Origin: Chrysomallon squamiferum
Taxonomy: Eukaryota > Animalia > Mollusca
Assembly (NCBI GenBank): GCA_012295275.1
Contig: CM022679.1
Location: forward strand, 26,412,001-26,476,000
Length of the DNA stretch: 64,000 bases
Direction: 5' to 3'
Shown here: positions 41,601-58,110 of the stretch, in pieces
How the letters are laid out: the number at the start of each line of letters is the position of its first letter
Position numbering within the stretch: position 1 is the stretch's first letter
Program-made: the position numbers and the translations under genes
The notes under the pieces: generated by a model
Told to the model about the DNA's origin: nothing
What the model saw: the letters and a program-made list of their open reading frames with translations, nothing else
Databases searched by the model: none

Positions 41601-44600
41601 CTGTGTATCTTATGGTGTTTTTTTTGGAAGGAGGGACCTTTGTTTTTTCTACATCTTAATTAACAGGGTTTTTATTTACACAAACACTTATTTTTTGTCT
41701 TATACAAGTGTCTGAATAGAAGATAAATACTTCTGTTGACACTGATTTAATTTAATCACTGTTAAGTATCACTTTATAGCTTATAACAATTCTAATGTCT
41801 TTTAAATTCTAAGTGCTGAGAATATAAAATATGCACAAAAAAAAATCACTGCTGTTAATGAAATGTAGTAATATTTATTTGAAATTATGGCTCTAAACAT
41901 ACTAACTGTTTAACATAATAATATACATTTATTTGAAACACTTGGTGTGGGCCATCAAATAATACAACCTACCTGACATACTATAACACATATGTGCATT
42001 TGAATCTGGATCATGTGCTTTAATTGTGCCTATCTTCATGTTTTTAACATTTTCTTTGACTGTCAAAGACTTCTGTTTTGATGGAATATTGTCAAAAACG
42101 GGAGGATTATCATTAACATCTCTGATTTCAAGCTTCAGTACTTCGCTTTGAATTGACAAAGATGGAATTCCCAGATCATACACTTCAACTTGGAACTGCA
42201 ATAATCAATTACATAACAACAATGTACAATTAAAATATTAAAGCATCCATAGACAAAATAGCATGAATAAATATTTACATGAAAGCATATGAAATCACAC
42301 ACACACACACAAACATGCACACATATACATGTAACTACATATGATAACAAAACAAAAAAACAAATACAATCATATACAAACAAATGCATACATACATATA
42401 CTGATAATATAATAAACATAAATTTAAATAAAGGTTTACATTCTAAATAACATTTACTTTCATGCTGCATATTAATATAATTTGAGATATATGAATTGTT
42501 GTAAGTTAATTTTAAAAAGAATATATGAATGTACATGCCTCACATGTTTTTTAACTTTTTTGTATTGTTTCATAAAATGATAAAAATTGAGAAGAAACCT
42601 GCTGTGCTCAAAATATTTATCAGCCAATGCAGTAAAGTAATTTCTGCATGAGCCTTTTCATCACTGAATTCGGGAGCATTTAAAGAGACAACAAAACATG
42701 ATTAGTGTTTTGTCCATGTTAGCAATCTGCCACTAAGCAGTAACACTTCAGCACATTTAAGGAAAAACAGTATATGATAATAAATGTGTGTTTACCAGCA
42801 GAGAACTTTTGTTTTCCGATCCAGTGGTTTGTTGATTGTAAGTACTCCAGACTTACTGTCAAGTTGCAGATATTTGAAGTCTGTTGTGGTACTGTTGATA
42901 AGTCTAAACATAACTTTGCCATTAGTATTTTTATCTTTATCAGCATCAGTTGCTTTGAACTGGTAAACAGGCGTGCCAATATTGGCACACTGGAATTAAT
43001 AAGAAAAGCTTGGTTTATTAAAAATCCAACATTTTAGAATTTAAAGTTAGCAAAAGGTGATGGAATATCAGTAAAAGAAAGTAAATACTACTACTGCTAC
43101 TGCTATTACTACTACTGCTGCCGCTGCTGCTGTTACCACAATTAATTAACAAACTACAACATCATTAAAACTATTGATACATTGGCCCTCTACCCCAAAA
43201 AGGGAGAAATGGTTAGTTTTTGAGAAATTTATTTTTCAATATTTAACTGCCTAAATGTTCAACAATAAACATCTGTAAAATTTATAAAGAACATACAAAC
43301 CTCTGGTACAGATGACAGATTAAAAGGCAGCACAAATTCTGGATGATTAAGATTTTCGTCTCTGACATCAATATCTAGTGTAACATTGGCATTATTGTGT
43401 CCTTCACCTTGGTCTGTTGCAATCACAGTTAGACTATAATTGCCTGCCTTTCCTATCAGACTCTGGTTAACAAAAACTTTACTCGTATTCTCATCAATGC
43501 GAAACAGATCAGTTACATTGGTGTGCAGAAATGAATATTTTATTTCACCATTTATTCCAATGTCCTGGTCAGTTGCTGATATAATTTGTCCAGGGGTAAC
43601 TGTTATGATTTTATTAACATGTATATTTTCAGCAATTGCTGCACTGTATCTTGACTCTCTAAACACTGGAGTATTATCATTAATGTCAGTTACATTCAGT
43701 GTTATGGTTATTTTATTCTTTCGTTGTTCTTCTCTATTTGGATTGTCATGAGCTGTGATTTCAAATGAATACAAATCTTTTGTTTCCCTGTCAAGAGGAG
43801 CTGTGAGATATATATTAGCCTGAAATAAACCTTGTACCTCATGATACACATCTATTTCATCCATTCTGAAAGGTCCACCACCCCAGCCTTTTTCATTAAG
43901 AAATGTTATATTTCCATTCAGGCCTATATCAGCATCTGTTGCATTTACAGTTGCCACTAATGTGTCATTTGTAGCATTTTCTGGTATGTAAAATGTAGTG
44001 GTAGTCATATTAAACACGGGGTCATTATCATTAGCATCCAGCACTGTAATGTTGATTGTTGCACTTGAATTACGACTGGGATACCCATTGTCTTCAGCAA
44101 TGATTGTAACACTGTATCTGTCTTTGGTTTCACGATCTAGCTTGCTAGCCAGAATTAGCTGACCTAAAAGACAATGAATGTTAGAGGTCTTTTACAAAAT
44201 GTAAACATTTTAAAACAGTGAATGAAAAATTAAGTTAATTAATAACAGGCTAAGAAATTTTGTTAAAATTAAAATTAAAATTGTAACAACATCAGCAGTT
44301 TTAGTGTTGATGATGATGATGATAATAATAATAAAAATAATAGTAGTAATAATAATAATAATAAAATTAACAAATATTATAACAAAACTATTAAAACTAC
44401 TAAAAATAACATCAAGAACAACATCATCAACACACTATTAATAATAATTATGACAGTATTAATGACATCAATATTAACAATAATTATAATAAAAAAAAAT
44501 TAATTATAACATCAAGAACAATAACATTAACATAATTAATAGGAAACAGCAATAATATAACAATAATAGTTATAAAAATAATAGTTACAACTTTAAAAAC

Positions 44601-44620
44601 AACAAACAACAAAAACATCA

Positions 44621-44668
<48 letters not shown>

Positions 44669-44676
44669 GATAATAG

Positions 44677-44721
<45 letters not shown>

Positions 44722-45103
44722 GATAATAGATAATAATAATAATAATAAGACCAAATTAATTAGATCAAGAAAAACAAAAATAACAACAATAATAATAATA
44801 ATAAAGTAACTTCTAACAACATGGACAAAAAATTACTAGAAAACAAAAGTTGTATCAATAACAGAAAGTAACCTTTCTTTGTGATGTTAAAGGTGGTGGT
44901 GTCTACCAAACTAAAAGTGATGGTCCTGTTTTCATCTTTGTCATCAGCAGTGATTGTTATCAAATCAGTGCCTACTGGTGTACTCTCAGAAACTGCTAAT
45001 GGTATGACACTCCCCTGTGTGAAGTTCGGATCATTGTCATTTACATCTAGAATGTTCACTGTCAGGGTGCCTGAAACAATAAACATAATTTTTGAAAGTA
45101 ATA

Positions 45104-45136
<33 letters not shown>

Positions 45137-46788
45137 GCAAGTATTGAGAATGACAACTCCATAGCAACAGTTATCAACTGGCATTGTGGAATCATGCATA
45201 TCTATCTTTCATAAACATAATACATAACATGGCAGTGTATAAATTGATCATGGAGCACTGTCTGGAATGGGAATTTAAACACATCTGTAACATGTGCTTG
45301 GTACAGTATGGTATATACTACCTGTGGCAGTCTGAGGACGATGAACAACTGCATTCAGATCCTCCACAAGTATTTCTATTATTAGTTTTTTAGCTGTTTC
45401 TCTGTCCAGTGTTGAATTAATAAGTATTTCACCTGATGTTACATTAATATCAAGCCAGCTCTAAACAAAAGAAAATAGTATTTAATATTGGGTTTTTAAT
45501 CATTACTGAATTCCAATTTATTATACAGACATTTATTATGCTAATATTGAAGAGATTTTTTTTTTAAATATAAAAAAATTCTTTCCACTGTTGAAACGAC
45601 ATGCTTTTAACAACATGCAAAATTTAGCTTTCTGTTATTTTTAAGAAAAAGTAGCTGGCTGTGAAAATTTTATAATCAGAAACAATAGAATATTTTTTAA
45701 CCATGAAGAAGAACATTTTTGTAACCAATGTAAAATTTTTGTCCAAACTGAGTAAACTGAAGAGAGTATTTCATAACCAATGTAAATGCGCAGCCCAAAC
45801 TGAGCAAACAGTCTTGAAAAGATCAGTATACACACCTTCACTTCATTTATGTCTACTTTCTGACCCTTTTCATCCACTGCAAAGCTCTGATTCCACAAAA
45901 ACTGGTAAAGAAGATCACTATTTTCATCCTTGTCTGTAGCATCGAACATGATTAAACTGGAATTTACTGGTTTATCTTCATGGACTTCTATGGATTGTCG
46001 GACTGATTCAAACTCTGGAAGTTCATCATTGACATCTATTACAGTCACCATCAATGTAGCCGTTGCTGTCTGAGGTGGTGATCCTTTGTCCATGGCATTC
46101 ACAACTAGTGTGTAATTTGCTTTTGTCTCTCTGTCTAATGTGGCACCTGCCTGGACTGAAACTGTACCATTTTTGCTATCAACTCTGAATTTGTCAGACC
46201 CTCCCGAATGAATGAAATAAAATACATCATTGTTTGGAGATGTTCCGTCACTGTCATTGGCTAATATCTCACTGACAAAAGTTCCTGAAAAGAAATTGTT
46301 GTTACAGTCCTTTATCAGAATTTCATGATCATTTAATGTTTATAACTTTACAAATATAGATTTGAGCATAGACATGGATGTATTGTATTTTCACTAAACA
46401 TATTAGTATTTAAATTTCTCATATATACTTAAAATCTTAAAACCTAAATTTTACATATTTTATATAAATACAGACCATCTAAGATTTTGTTTACTGTTCC
46501 AAGTGTTTTATTCTCTGACTGATCAACAAATCAAATTAAAATATAAAATATGACTAACCTTCAGTGGCATTTTCAAATATGCTTCCATTATACTGAGGTT
46601 GTGTAAAATTTGGTGCATTATCATTGACATCCTGGAATTGCATATAAAATGTGAAAGCTGTTATAGCAGTTTGTTATTTACTTTTTCAACAGTCAAAATA
46701 TGTATATTTAGATAGTTATAATAAAATTATGATATTTAGTCCAGATACACATAAAAATACACACACACATAAAAGCATGCATGTATAA

Positions 46789-46847
<59 letters not shown>

Positions 46848-47197
46848 AAAGAAAAACATACCTGGACAACAATTGTAACATTTACAACTGAGGAAAGAGA
46901 TGGAGTTCCCAAATCCTTAGCTTCAACTTCTAATAAAACAAAACCCTTTAAAGATTTGTCCATTTGTTCATAATCCAGTGGTGTTTTTATTTGTATTTCA
47001 CCAGTGCTGCTGTTGATGGTAAAGTGGTTTGAAAGTGCATTAGCATTGTTTCTTATTGAGTAAACAATTTTTGAATTGTTTGTGTCAGGTTTATCTTGAT
47101 CTCGTGCCTGTGAAGAGAAGTTGTAAAGATTGTGTAATGGATAGCAATGGACATTAATAACATATCAGAATTTTAATACATAAACAAACACACATAG

Positions 47198-47280
<83 letters not shown>

Positions 47281-48541
47281 ATATATCTATCTAATTTGTA
47301 TGTGGATATGTCTGAGTAAATATATGTAAGTAGATAAATATACCTGCACTTTGATAATTCTGCTAAAATTCATAGATCCCTCATTACATATTCCTTTGTA
47401 TTCATTATCAATGAATGTTGGGGCATTGTCATTTATGTCAAGCACTTCTATAGTTAATGGTGCTGAATCCTGCCTTTCACCATCAGAAGCAATCAGTGTC
47501 ATTGTGTATGTTCTTCTGGTTTCCCAATCTAACTTGCTTGGTTCATTAATGGTCAGAACTCCAGACTCATTGTTGATAGAGAAACTGCAACATAACATTC
47601 AAAACTGCAAAATTTATAATAACTTTCATTATTTTATTGTATGTGTGTGAGTGTATGTGTGAGTCAATGTATGTATATGTATGTCTGTGTGTATTTATTT
47701 ACATATTCTGTTGACTTAGGCACATCTGATTACACTCTGCATTTAGACAACGTTAGGAAAAAAGTCGAATCACAACCTCACAAATATGCGATGCTGCTGC
47801 TGAGACTTGTATGTATATACGTGTATATGTGTATGGTTTATATTGTATACATATACATGTAAGTATATGTATGACTGTATGAATGTACATATATATATGC
47901 ATTTATGTTTGTATGTATGGTTGTATGCTGTAACACACACACACACTATTCAATATTTCTTTACATACATATCTAAGCCGCCCTGTAGTGAATAGGAGAT
48001 CAGGACATTATAGTCATTATCTTTGTCCACTGCCTGAAATTAGAATCAGACAAGCAGTGATATAAACAGAAGATATCTTCAAGCCATTATATTTCAAAGG
48101 TTCAATTTTTCAACAGGTATGTATCATTAAAGAAACTTTGAAATAACGAATCTACTTATCTACATATCTGCTTATAAGCCTATACACACATATGCACAGA
48201 CAATTAATGCAAATATAAATAATTAATTACTTGTTACTGATAATCTTTATTATATCAATAATAATAACAGCACTACATTTGCTGGAGACTTTTATGAGCA
48301 GAATATGTTAATCATGCTCAGGTTTGTATAAAAATATGGACTGATACCTGAATTTGGGGATGTTCCATAAAATTAGTTGAATTTTCAAATACTTTAGCTG
48401 TATATTGCGTCTTGTTAAATTTGGGGCTGTTGTCATTCACATCAATAACATTCACAATGAGAGTTACATTATTTTTCCATTTACCATCAAAGGCTGTTAC
48501 CTGAAAGTGAACTCAAGAATATAAACTTTTTTTAATTTTAT

Positions 48542-48621
<80 letters not shown>

Positions 48622-49301
48622 TCTTCAGCAAATACCACATCATAATATACAATATCAAAGATTATCAAACAACAGATATTTGAGAATGTAAAAACATGAA
48701 AACAAAAATGCCACATTTTGATAAACTTTGATAAACATTTTGAAGTAGGCTGGACCTCTAATAATGGCATTTTTTCAAAGTGCTATCTATACAGGCCTCT
48801 GATCAAAATAGGATTCCATTCACTGGAGGTCACTTATCAACATGGATTTCCATTCAAAGGGTTGTTAATGGAGAATGCATGTCCCTCATTAGAGGCCTCA
48901 TTAAAATGGGTATCTATTTAATAAAGGCATCTCACCAAAATGTGTCTTTATTCATTACAGGTCTCTAATCTAGGTGGATCTTGTTAAAGATATGCTTCAA
49001 GTTAAGATAGGTATCTATACATTACAGGCATCAAGGCAAGGTGGGTCATTTCAATGGAGGCATCATCAAAGTATGTATCTGTTAAAATTTACTTTTGGTC
49101 AAGTTTGATCTCCATTCAAGTTATATCTCTGTTAAAAAAAAAAAGGCCTGAAGTAAAAAAATGTTGGCCTCTAGTTACGGTTGGCCTATATTTGAGATTG
49201 GTCTCTGGTTATAATAGCTTCTAATTAAATTGGATATATATAGTTCAAGGCATATTTCTTTTTTCTTTTACTGTTATTCTTTTTTAATGATGCTATGAAG
49301 A

Positions 49302-49341
<40 letters not shown>

Positions 49342-51236
49342 TCCTTTCAAATTTACAGATACAAATTAAGACATAAAGCTACATAGTTAAATAAAACCAT
49401 AAAATGAATTCAATCTTATGAAATGCATTTAAAATTTCAATCAGATAGGAATGAGGATGAATAATTAAATTAAGGAACAATTTTGAATGAATTTTAATGA
49501 AAAGTTTGTAGTAACCATTTCTGTGAAGGTACCAAATGCAATTAAAATATATAAATAAATGAAACAAATAAGTATTACTATGAAAATAAATTAACTAAAC
49601 TGAATATAAAATAAATAACAATAATTAATTATAAAAATATAAAACAGACTAATTAAGTATGTAAACAAACAAACAAAGATAATGCACAAATTATGAAATA
49701 ATTTGTTTAAATAAATAAACATTCAAATATGTAAATAAAACAAGAATAATAATTATCTAAAAATCATGGAATACATCTTTGCCTCATCATAAACTGATTA
49801 CCTTTATCAAATTATATTACAATAACACAAACAAAATAATAAATAAATTTAAAGAAAACTATAAATATAGATATATAATATACCATTAAATTAAAGCTTT
49901 TGTTTGTTTCATAATCCAAAATAGCTGAATCAGACACTAGTATCTGGACTGTAGTTTTTGACTGGCTGCTTGATGGTTCTGCTTTGAACATATCTGATGA
50001 CACTGAGATGTTGAAAGCGGCATTTTGATCCTGCAATAAACACAGATTAATAATTATAACAGTTATATCATGTATTGAATAAAACACATAGCTAAAAGAT
50101 ATAATTATTTGATTAATTTAATAATATAATAATCTATACATTAAATCTAAATACAATATACATTAGGCAAAGATTTTTAAAAAAAATTTATATATATATT
50201 ATGAAGTTTTGTTTAAACTGAAATCTTTGGTGATATCAACAAATTACCAGAATGAATTTTGTACAGTTAATTCAAGAGAATATTTTATTCTTTATTTTTT
50301 TAATGCTAATCACAAAGTAAAATGATGCACACATCATAAGTACACATTCTTGCTAATATTTTTCTCTTTCTTGTGACATCATTTTAAATACAGATCTGTT
50401 AATGAATGAATTATATCAAAATTGCCATATCCTCTGTTTATTGGGAATTATTTCTATTACCCAGCAGGATAATGATAATAAAGATAGCAATAGATATGGT
50501 TCTGATGATGTTGATAACAATAACAACATTATTATGACATTGATGTTATTAATAACAACAAAAACTATAATCTTACTATAACCACACAAAAAAAAAAAAA
50601 TAAATAAATAATAATAATAATAATTTAATTTTTTTTAAAAGTACAAGATCCAGAACAAAAACAAGATAAAAAAATTAAAAAAAAATAATAATTGTTTTTT
50701 TACCTGATCTGCATCAGTTATATTCATGGTAGATATATTTACAAAAGTTACAGGTATTCCACGTGAATTTTCCTTCACTTGTGCCACATATGTTAAGTTG
50801 GGATAATTGAAAACTGGAGGATTGTCATTTTCATCAGTGACCTCAATGAGTAAGGTAGCTGAAATTGTAAATAAAACATTAAAAAACAAAAGTGTGCTTT
50901 ACTCTTGATAATTGTTTTGAAAAGGTATCAAAGACAAAACTTCTGTAGTGTTCTGTGTCTGTATTTATGTATGTCTGTTTATGTTTGTGTTGTGTGTTTC
51001 ATCCTCATTCCCAATGGAAAAACCAAGAATGTTCTGTATCCTGCTGTCCTGCAGTGATCTCAAATTGATTGTGATAGTTAAGTTTTATAGCTTATAATTT
51101 GTACTTCAATAAATTGTTTACTCATTAAAAATATTTTAATATTATTATTCTAATGTTTAATTAATTATAAGTAGCTCACTGCAGAAGCAAACTTTTCAGT
51201 CCACATGAAATATGGCTTTTAAAATGGGATATATTT

Positions 51237-51267
<31 letters not shown>

Positions 51268-53640
51268 CACGCACGCACGCATGCACACACACACACAATC
51301 ACAAACATAATTATTACTCACATAGGGCAGTCTGTGGTGAAGCACCGTTTTCATCAGTTACCATAACTTTGAGAGTTACTGTCTTTACCTCTTCGCGGTC
51401 TAATGTTCCATTGATAAATACTGTTCCGTTTGAAGCATGGATACCAAAAACAGGCTGTGAAGATGAATAAACAACAATAACCCAAACACAATTTTATATT
51501 AGTGAGTGTCATTATATGAACATTTGTATTTAATGTCATTAAATAAAATTAAGATTATTGTGTTTTGGGGATTCTAATTTGTTTCATTTTTCATAATAAA
51601 AATGATGTTAGAAAGGACATCTGAAGTCTACACCCAATAGACTTCTTTTATTAACTAATAGCAAGAGACCATTTACAAACACCATTCATATACAACAGAC
51701 CTCACTGCAACCTGTTACCTAACAATAGCAAGGAAAGTTTTAAAATCCTTAACTATACAACGTTCTTCAAAAGTGTCTGGTTTTCTTATTTATCAGAAAT
51801 GTCCTAGTATATTAAGCTAAAGAAATATATACATAACATACCTTAAGTTTACTAATGTTAACATGCTTAAGCTGATTGTCAACTGCAGTAGATGAAACCC
51901 ATACAATTCTGTATTTTAAACTGGGATGAGTATCTGGGTCTGTAGCACTCACTGTTGATACAACTGCACCATGTTTGCTATTTTCTTTCACCTTAACAGT
52001 AACTGAATCATTGGCAAACACTGGCAACTCATCATTGACATCAGTGATATTGATGTTAACTGTTGTGCTGTCATTGAGAGCTCCTCTGTCTTTTGCAGTT
52101 ACTGTCAAAGTGTATGATGAGTTGCGTTCGTAATCCAGCTCACCTGCCGTCTTGATCTCTCCTGTTTGACTGTTTATCCTGAACTTGTCAGATCCTGGTC
52201 CTGACAGCTCATACAACAGATCACTGTTCTCTGGTGTTCCGTCGTGATCATGAGCTGTAACAGTTGTCACTGAGGTACCTGCAACATATAAAAAAAAGAA
52301 TTACAATAAAAAAAACTACATAAATAGTTATATTACAGATATGCATATACATGTATACATAATTTCATCATAGTCTGTAGATTTATACAAAGAAAAACGA
52401 ATTACATAAATAGTACATAATGCACTTACACATATAAGCCATTCAAGATGTTCCATCATAGTCTATACTTATTATATTCAACAATGAACACATGAAATAA
52501 TTGTAATAATTGTAATATATTGCAATGAAAACACAACTAAAGAGTTATAAAACAATTTATTCACTATAGAGATATACAGTTTTGATATACATGCTGCAGA
52601 TTTTTTAAATGTCGATTTCCTGTTTATAAAAGAAGAAAAGAAACAGAATTAAATAAATAATTCAAATATATTCATGTGTGTGTTCTTCAGTTTTATAAAA
52701 TATATGTTTGTATAAAAGACTTTAATGTAAAATTAAATGAAAATAACAAATGAAAAATACATATTTAATAATAATAATAATAAATTAGTATTAAAAAATA
52801 AAAAAAAACAATGTATCATTAATTGATTTTAAAACATTATATATTTCATCTGTTTATAATTCACAAAGAAGAATATAAAATTAATATTGTTTACCCGTGA
52901 CAAACGGTACTAACATTTAAATGTTACCTTCTCTTTACTAAATATATATATTTTACATAAGAAAATTAACACTTTTAACATTAACATTTCAGTGTTTTTC
53001 AAGCTGAAACAGTTTTTAAAACTGTTATTTTAACATAGATAACTATAGAGAACACATACCTGATCCAGTTATTACATGATAACATAGATAAATCTGTTGA
53101 TAAGGAAATCACTACATAAAAATTAACATATCTAAAACTACTGTAAAAATTTAATTGTACTATTTTAAAACTAACTCTTCTCTTTTTCTCTCTCTTCAGC
53201 TGTGAAATTCTAGACAAAGCACAGACAAGGGCAGAAAACCCAGGACAACGATCTGGATACCAGGAATGTACGGCTTTGAAACTGCAGTGTACACAATACA
53301 AATGTGTCTGAATGATCAAGACACTTAACCGATAAGCAAATAAATTATAGTATTATGCTTCAAGTATAATAAATAGTTTTGCAGAATGTAGACATTTAGT
53401 TATAGCTCTTTGCAATTATTGGCTCATTGTTGATTAACTGATTGATGGAGTCTGGTAATAGGTGGGTGAGAGAGTGAGTGAGATGGGGCAAGGAATGATG
53501 TTTTTTTTAATGGATGATTGAGTGGGTGTGTGATTGATGATTTAATATTTTCTTTCTTTGTTTCTTATTTATTTTATTTTTTATAAATAGTAGTAGTAGC
53601 AATAGCAGCAGCAGCAGTAATAAATGAATGAATGAAGAAA

Positions 53641-53671
<31 letters not shown>

Positions 53672-53949
53672 ACGTAATTCTTTTAATTCTAGTCTATTTA
53701 ATTTTAATGAAATAGCGATTGAAGTATTTTAATCAAATTGGCTTCATTAATTTATTTTTTATTTTCCGATACATACTTTCTTTTATGTGTGTGTGTGTGT
53801 GTGTTTTGTGTGTGTGTGACTGTGTGTGTTGTTTTTATTAAAAAGGTAATTTTCTTGAAAAGAATTTTTTTAGTGTCTGAATCTGAAAAAAGCCCCCACC
53901 CTCACAAAAAAAACCTAAAACTTTATATAAAACTTTGTATGAAATAATT

Positions 53950-54024
<75 letters not shown>

Positions 54025-54998
54025 CATGTATCTATATATATATACTTTTTTTCTTCTTTTTTTGGCTTTTTTGTTGTTGTTGTTAAAGAATCTTAAATAA
54101 TGATTTATTTGACACACCTGAATTAATCCCTTCATGTACACTGGTGTAATATATTGATGTATTAAACACTGGGGATTCATCATTCTCATCCTGTAAACAA
54201 TAATATTTGGATAATGAAGAAATGTATGCACATGTGTGTGAATGTGTGTGAATGAGTATGTCAGAACATGTGTATGTATGTGTGTGTGTGTGTATGTGTG
54301 TTTCAGTGTCAGTGTCAATGTGTTTGTGTGTATATATATGTGATGTGTGTGTATATATGTCTGTGTGTGTGTGAATATGTCTGTCATTTGTAATAATGCT
54401 TGTGTCTATTAGTGTGTTTATATGCATTTCATTAAAATTAATAATACAAAGGTATTACACATACAATTGATAATAATTATATATCCTTTGATTCGCAATT
54501 TCTTAAAGAAGCAAGAACAGTCTTGCTTGTTAAACATAGAAAAACTTCAATATATCCCAAATACATCTGTATAGTGAAATAAACAAATTAAAAATAGAAA
54601 ATGTGACCAAACCTCGACAGTTATAGTCAGGTTAGTTATAGATGACAGTGATGAGCTGCCTCCATCTTCTGCTTTTATCTGTAACTGTATGATTCCATTT
54701 AGTTTATGTGGCAGCTTCTCATAGTCTATCTTAGTCTTTGGTTCAATTACACCTGATTTTGGATCCAGGGTAAAGTTGTTTTCCAGTCCAGAAGATGAAG
54801 GAATAAAAGAGAAATTGAACTGGTTGTTTGGAGGATCAACATCATTATCTACCGCCTGTTCAAAAATTGAACACAAAATCCTTATTATGCAGTTATTATT
54901 ATTATTATTAGACACAACTAATTAACTGTAACTACAAATTGGAATAATACATCATTTTCTTTCATGAAAAACCAAAGTCTGTACTCTACACACACACG

Positions 54999-55049
<51 letters not shown>

Positions 55050-58028
55050 CACATACATATATACATATACAAAATTCACACTTATATACACACATGAAAA
55101 ACATGTTAATAAATACATATTAAATGATTCAGTTAAGTTCTTTTATTTGATTGTTTCTTGAAGTCTTGCTTGTCTCATCTGTACTAATTCATATTAAAAT
55201 ATTTTCAAATGTTATTAAACTTTCATTTAAATAATAAGTATTATATTGTGAGACTAAATTTTTGTCTCATAAATATTTATGGCACTGCAAGTTTCATAAA
55301 CAATATAATAAACATTATATTATAAAACTGAAACATCCAAATCATAAAATAATTATTATATTGTGAAACAAAACTGTCCAAACCACCAATTATTTATTAT
55401 ATTGTTAAACATTAAAGCAAAATGTATTTAATCAGTTGTACCTGAACTTGCAGTTCTCGTATAAAGTTTTCCTGGTTTTCCTTGATTATTCCATAATACT
55501 GATCTCTTCTAAATGTTGGGATTTCATCATTAACATCAATTATTTTGACAGTGATTTGTACAGAGGTACTCCGATTGCCTCTGTCAACTGCATCCACATT
55601 CAGCTTATAGACACTCTGTTTTTCTGCATCAAGAGGTTTGATAGTAAATATCTCTCCACTGGATTCATTGATCATAAATCTGAATAATAATAATATCATT
55701 AATAATAATAACAGAAATAACAACTACAACAAAATTTGCACCTCAATAAAAACAACAATAATATGCACCTCAACAAAAAACAACAATAATAACACTAATG
55801 AAGTCAAAGACAGTAGTAATAACCAACAAACTTATCAACACAGCAACAGACAACAACAAAAAGCTTAAAGCACAATAAGAACCATCTTTGAAATTAAAAA
55901 TGAATGTCAAACACTGAAAAAAATATTTTAATGAAACAGATTTGATATTTTTAAGATATGAAAACCATGTAACAGTACTTATCAGCAAATCTTATCTGAG
56001 ATAGACACATTATCTAAACAGACTGTTGCCAATGTCTAAATGCTGTTTATTGGCTGTGTTTAAAGACATTAAGAACCATCTTTGAAATTAAAAATGAATA
56101 CAACATAACCCATTTTTACCTCTGAAAATTTGTTTAATGAATTCTAGTAGATTTAGATTATTTTTAAGATATGACAGTCAGTGATTGGCTGAGATAGATG
56201 AACAGTGTCTTAAAGCAGATCTGTGATTGGCTGAGATAGATGAACAGTGTCTTAAAGCAGCTCTGTGATTGGCTGAGATAGATGAACAATGTCTGGTAGT
56301 ATTCAGTACTTACGCATCTGTCTCTTGTAACACATATTTCCCCATTCCATATTTGTGGGAATCTTGATCAGTTGCCTGTAATAATTAAAAATAACCCTAT
56401 TTCAGTTTGTAGTTAACCATTTGATTTTGGAAATATCATATTAGATGTATTTTGAAATTACTTTTACATGTGCATGTTATTATTGTATAAATAGATAATT
56501 TTATATACAAATTAATTAAAAATGATGTGTAGTTTAAGCCAATTTAGTTTAAGCCAATTTAGTTTCTTGCAGGTCAAACACACACACACACACAACACAC
56601 ATTATAACATTCCAAAAATATTTTAATAAAAAAAAAAAACAATAAAAAACAAATAAAAAAACCAGTCAAAATTTTCACATTATCAGTTTCAAAAAAATCA
56701 TATACATACAAATCCATAAATAACTGTTTGGTCCAAATTTTTGAAAATAATCATTTATCTTTCTATTGTTTATTAATATTGAAGATAAGGTTCATATTTA
56801 AAAGAATGGGAATATTTATTTTCAAATGTTATATATATATATATATATATAGATAGATAGATATAATTATATTAATAACTAATACAGCTAATCCACTAAT
56901 TTTATGTGTTTACATCTTTGACTAATCTTTGACTAAAAGAACATCAGCAACACTTTTACAAAAATGAACTTAAATTGCATACCATAACTTTAAGAACATT
57001 AAAATTTGTTTGGTTTTCTGGTACGCTGGCAACATAACTTGTATTTGTAAAAAATTCTGGAGCATTGTCATTAGCATCTTCTATTGCCAGTTCAATAGTG
57101 CATGTACTACTTCTATGTTCATTTGTATCTGTTTCTGTGGCAACAACCTGAAAATTAAGAAAAAAAAAAAAAACAATATAGCTTTAAATGCAACACTAAT
57201 GTTTTAAAAAATTTGGGAATAATTTTAAAATCTGATTATTTGGAATAAAATAAATCTGTAAAAACAACACTACTTATACAGCCTTATTTTGGTCCATCTG
57301 ATCTGATTCTAAATTAAAAACAAAACAAAGAAAGAAAGGAAGAAATATTATATTTAATGATATAATTAACACATTTTTAATCAATGGTTACTGTCATTTA
57401 TATATATATATACGTCAAATGTGAGAGAAGATTTGGATGTTTTTGTTATCAGCAGAAATGGATTTTTTCATAAACACCTTCTCAAAGATCGGAAAGAATA
57501 AACCACAGTCCTTGAAAAAGCAATCAAGGAACACTAGCTGAAATGGAAAATGAAGTATAATCCTATTACTTATCATCTGTCAACATTCTTCACTTTAGAA
57601 TGTGTCACCAAAATTTTGAATTAGATCAAACAAAATAATAATATATAAACTACACAACACAAACATCATTTCAGCAAATTCATAATGTTATAAATTGTTT
57701 TTACATCAGATTTATCAACAATTCTAACTTACATGTATTGTCATATGTTTCACAGTTTCATAATCCAGCTCTGAACTGTGTGTAACTCTAAGGAGAACAG
57801 ATGCTTCTGTCTGGACTATTTTAGGAACTGGCTCAAATGTCATGTTATGATCCAGGAGGTCCAGTCTAAACCTACTGTTCACACCCTGGTAAACACCAAA
57901 ATTATATTCTAAATGAATGGTTTTCTATAATAATTGTTATATATATATATATATATGTTTCATATCATATTTTTAAGATACATACATACATACACACATA
58001 CTCAAACACACATTACACACATACATAA

Positions 58029-58110
<82 letters not shown>

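Noticed and set aside
48740-49230. Loosely periodic AGGCCTCT/AGGTCTCT-like motifs in a cadherin intron
   Set aside because: Too degenerate to define a unit or termini by eye; probably an old repeat remnant
52999-53319. 106-aa ORF / possible extra cadherin exon in the 52279-54117 intron
   Set aside because: No cadherin motifs, and the flanking exons already join in phase, as in the other two cassettes
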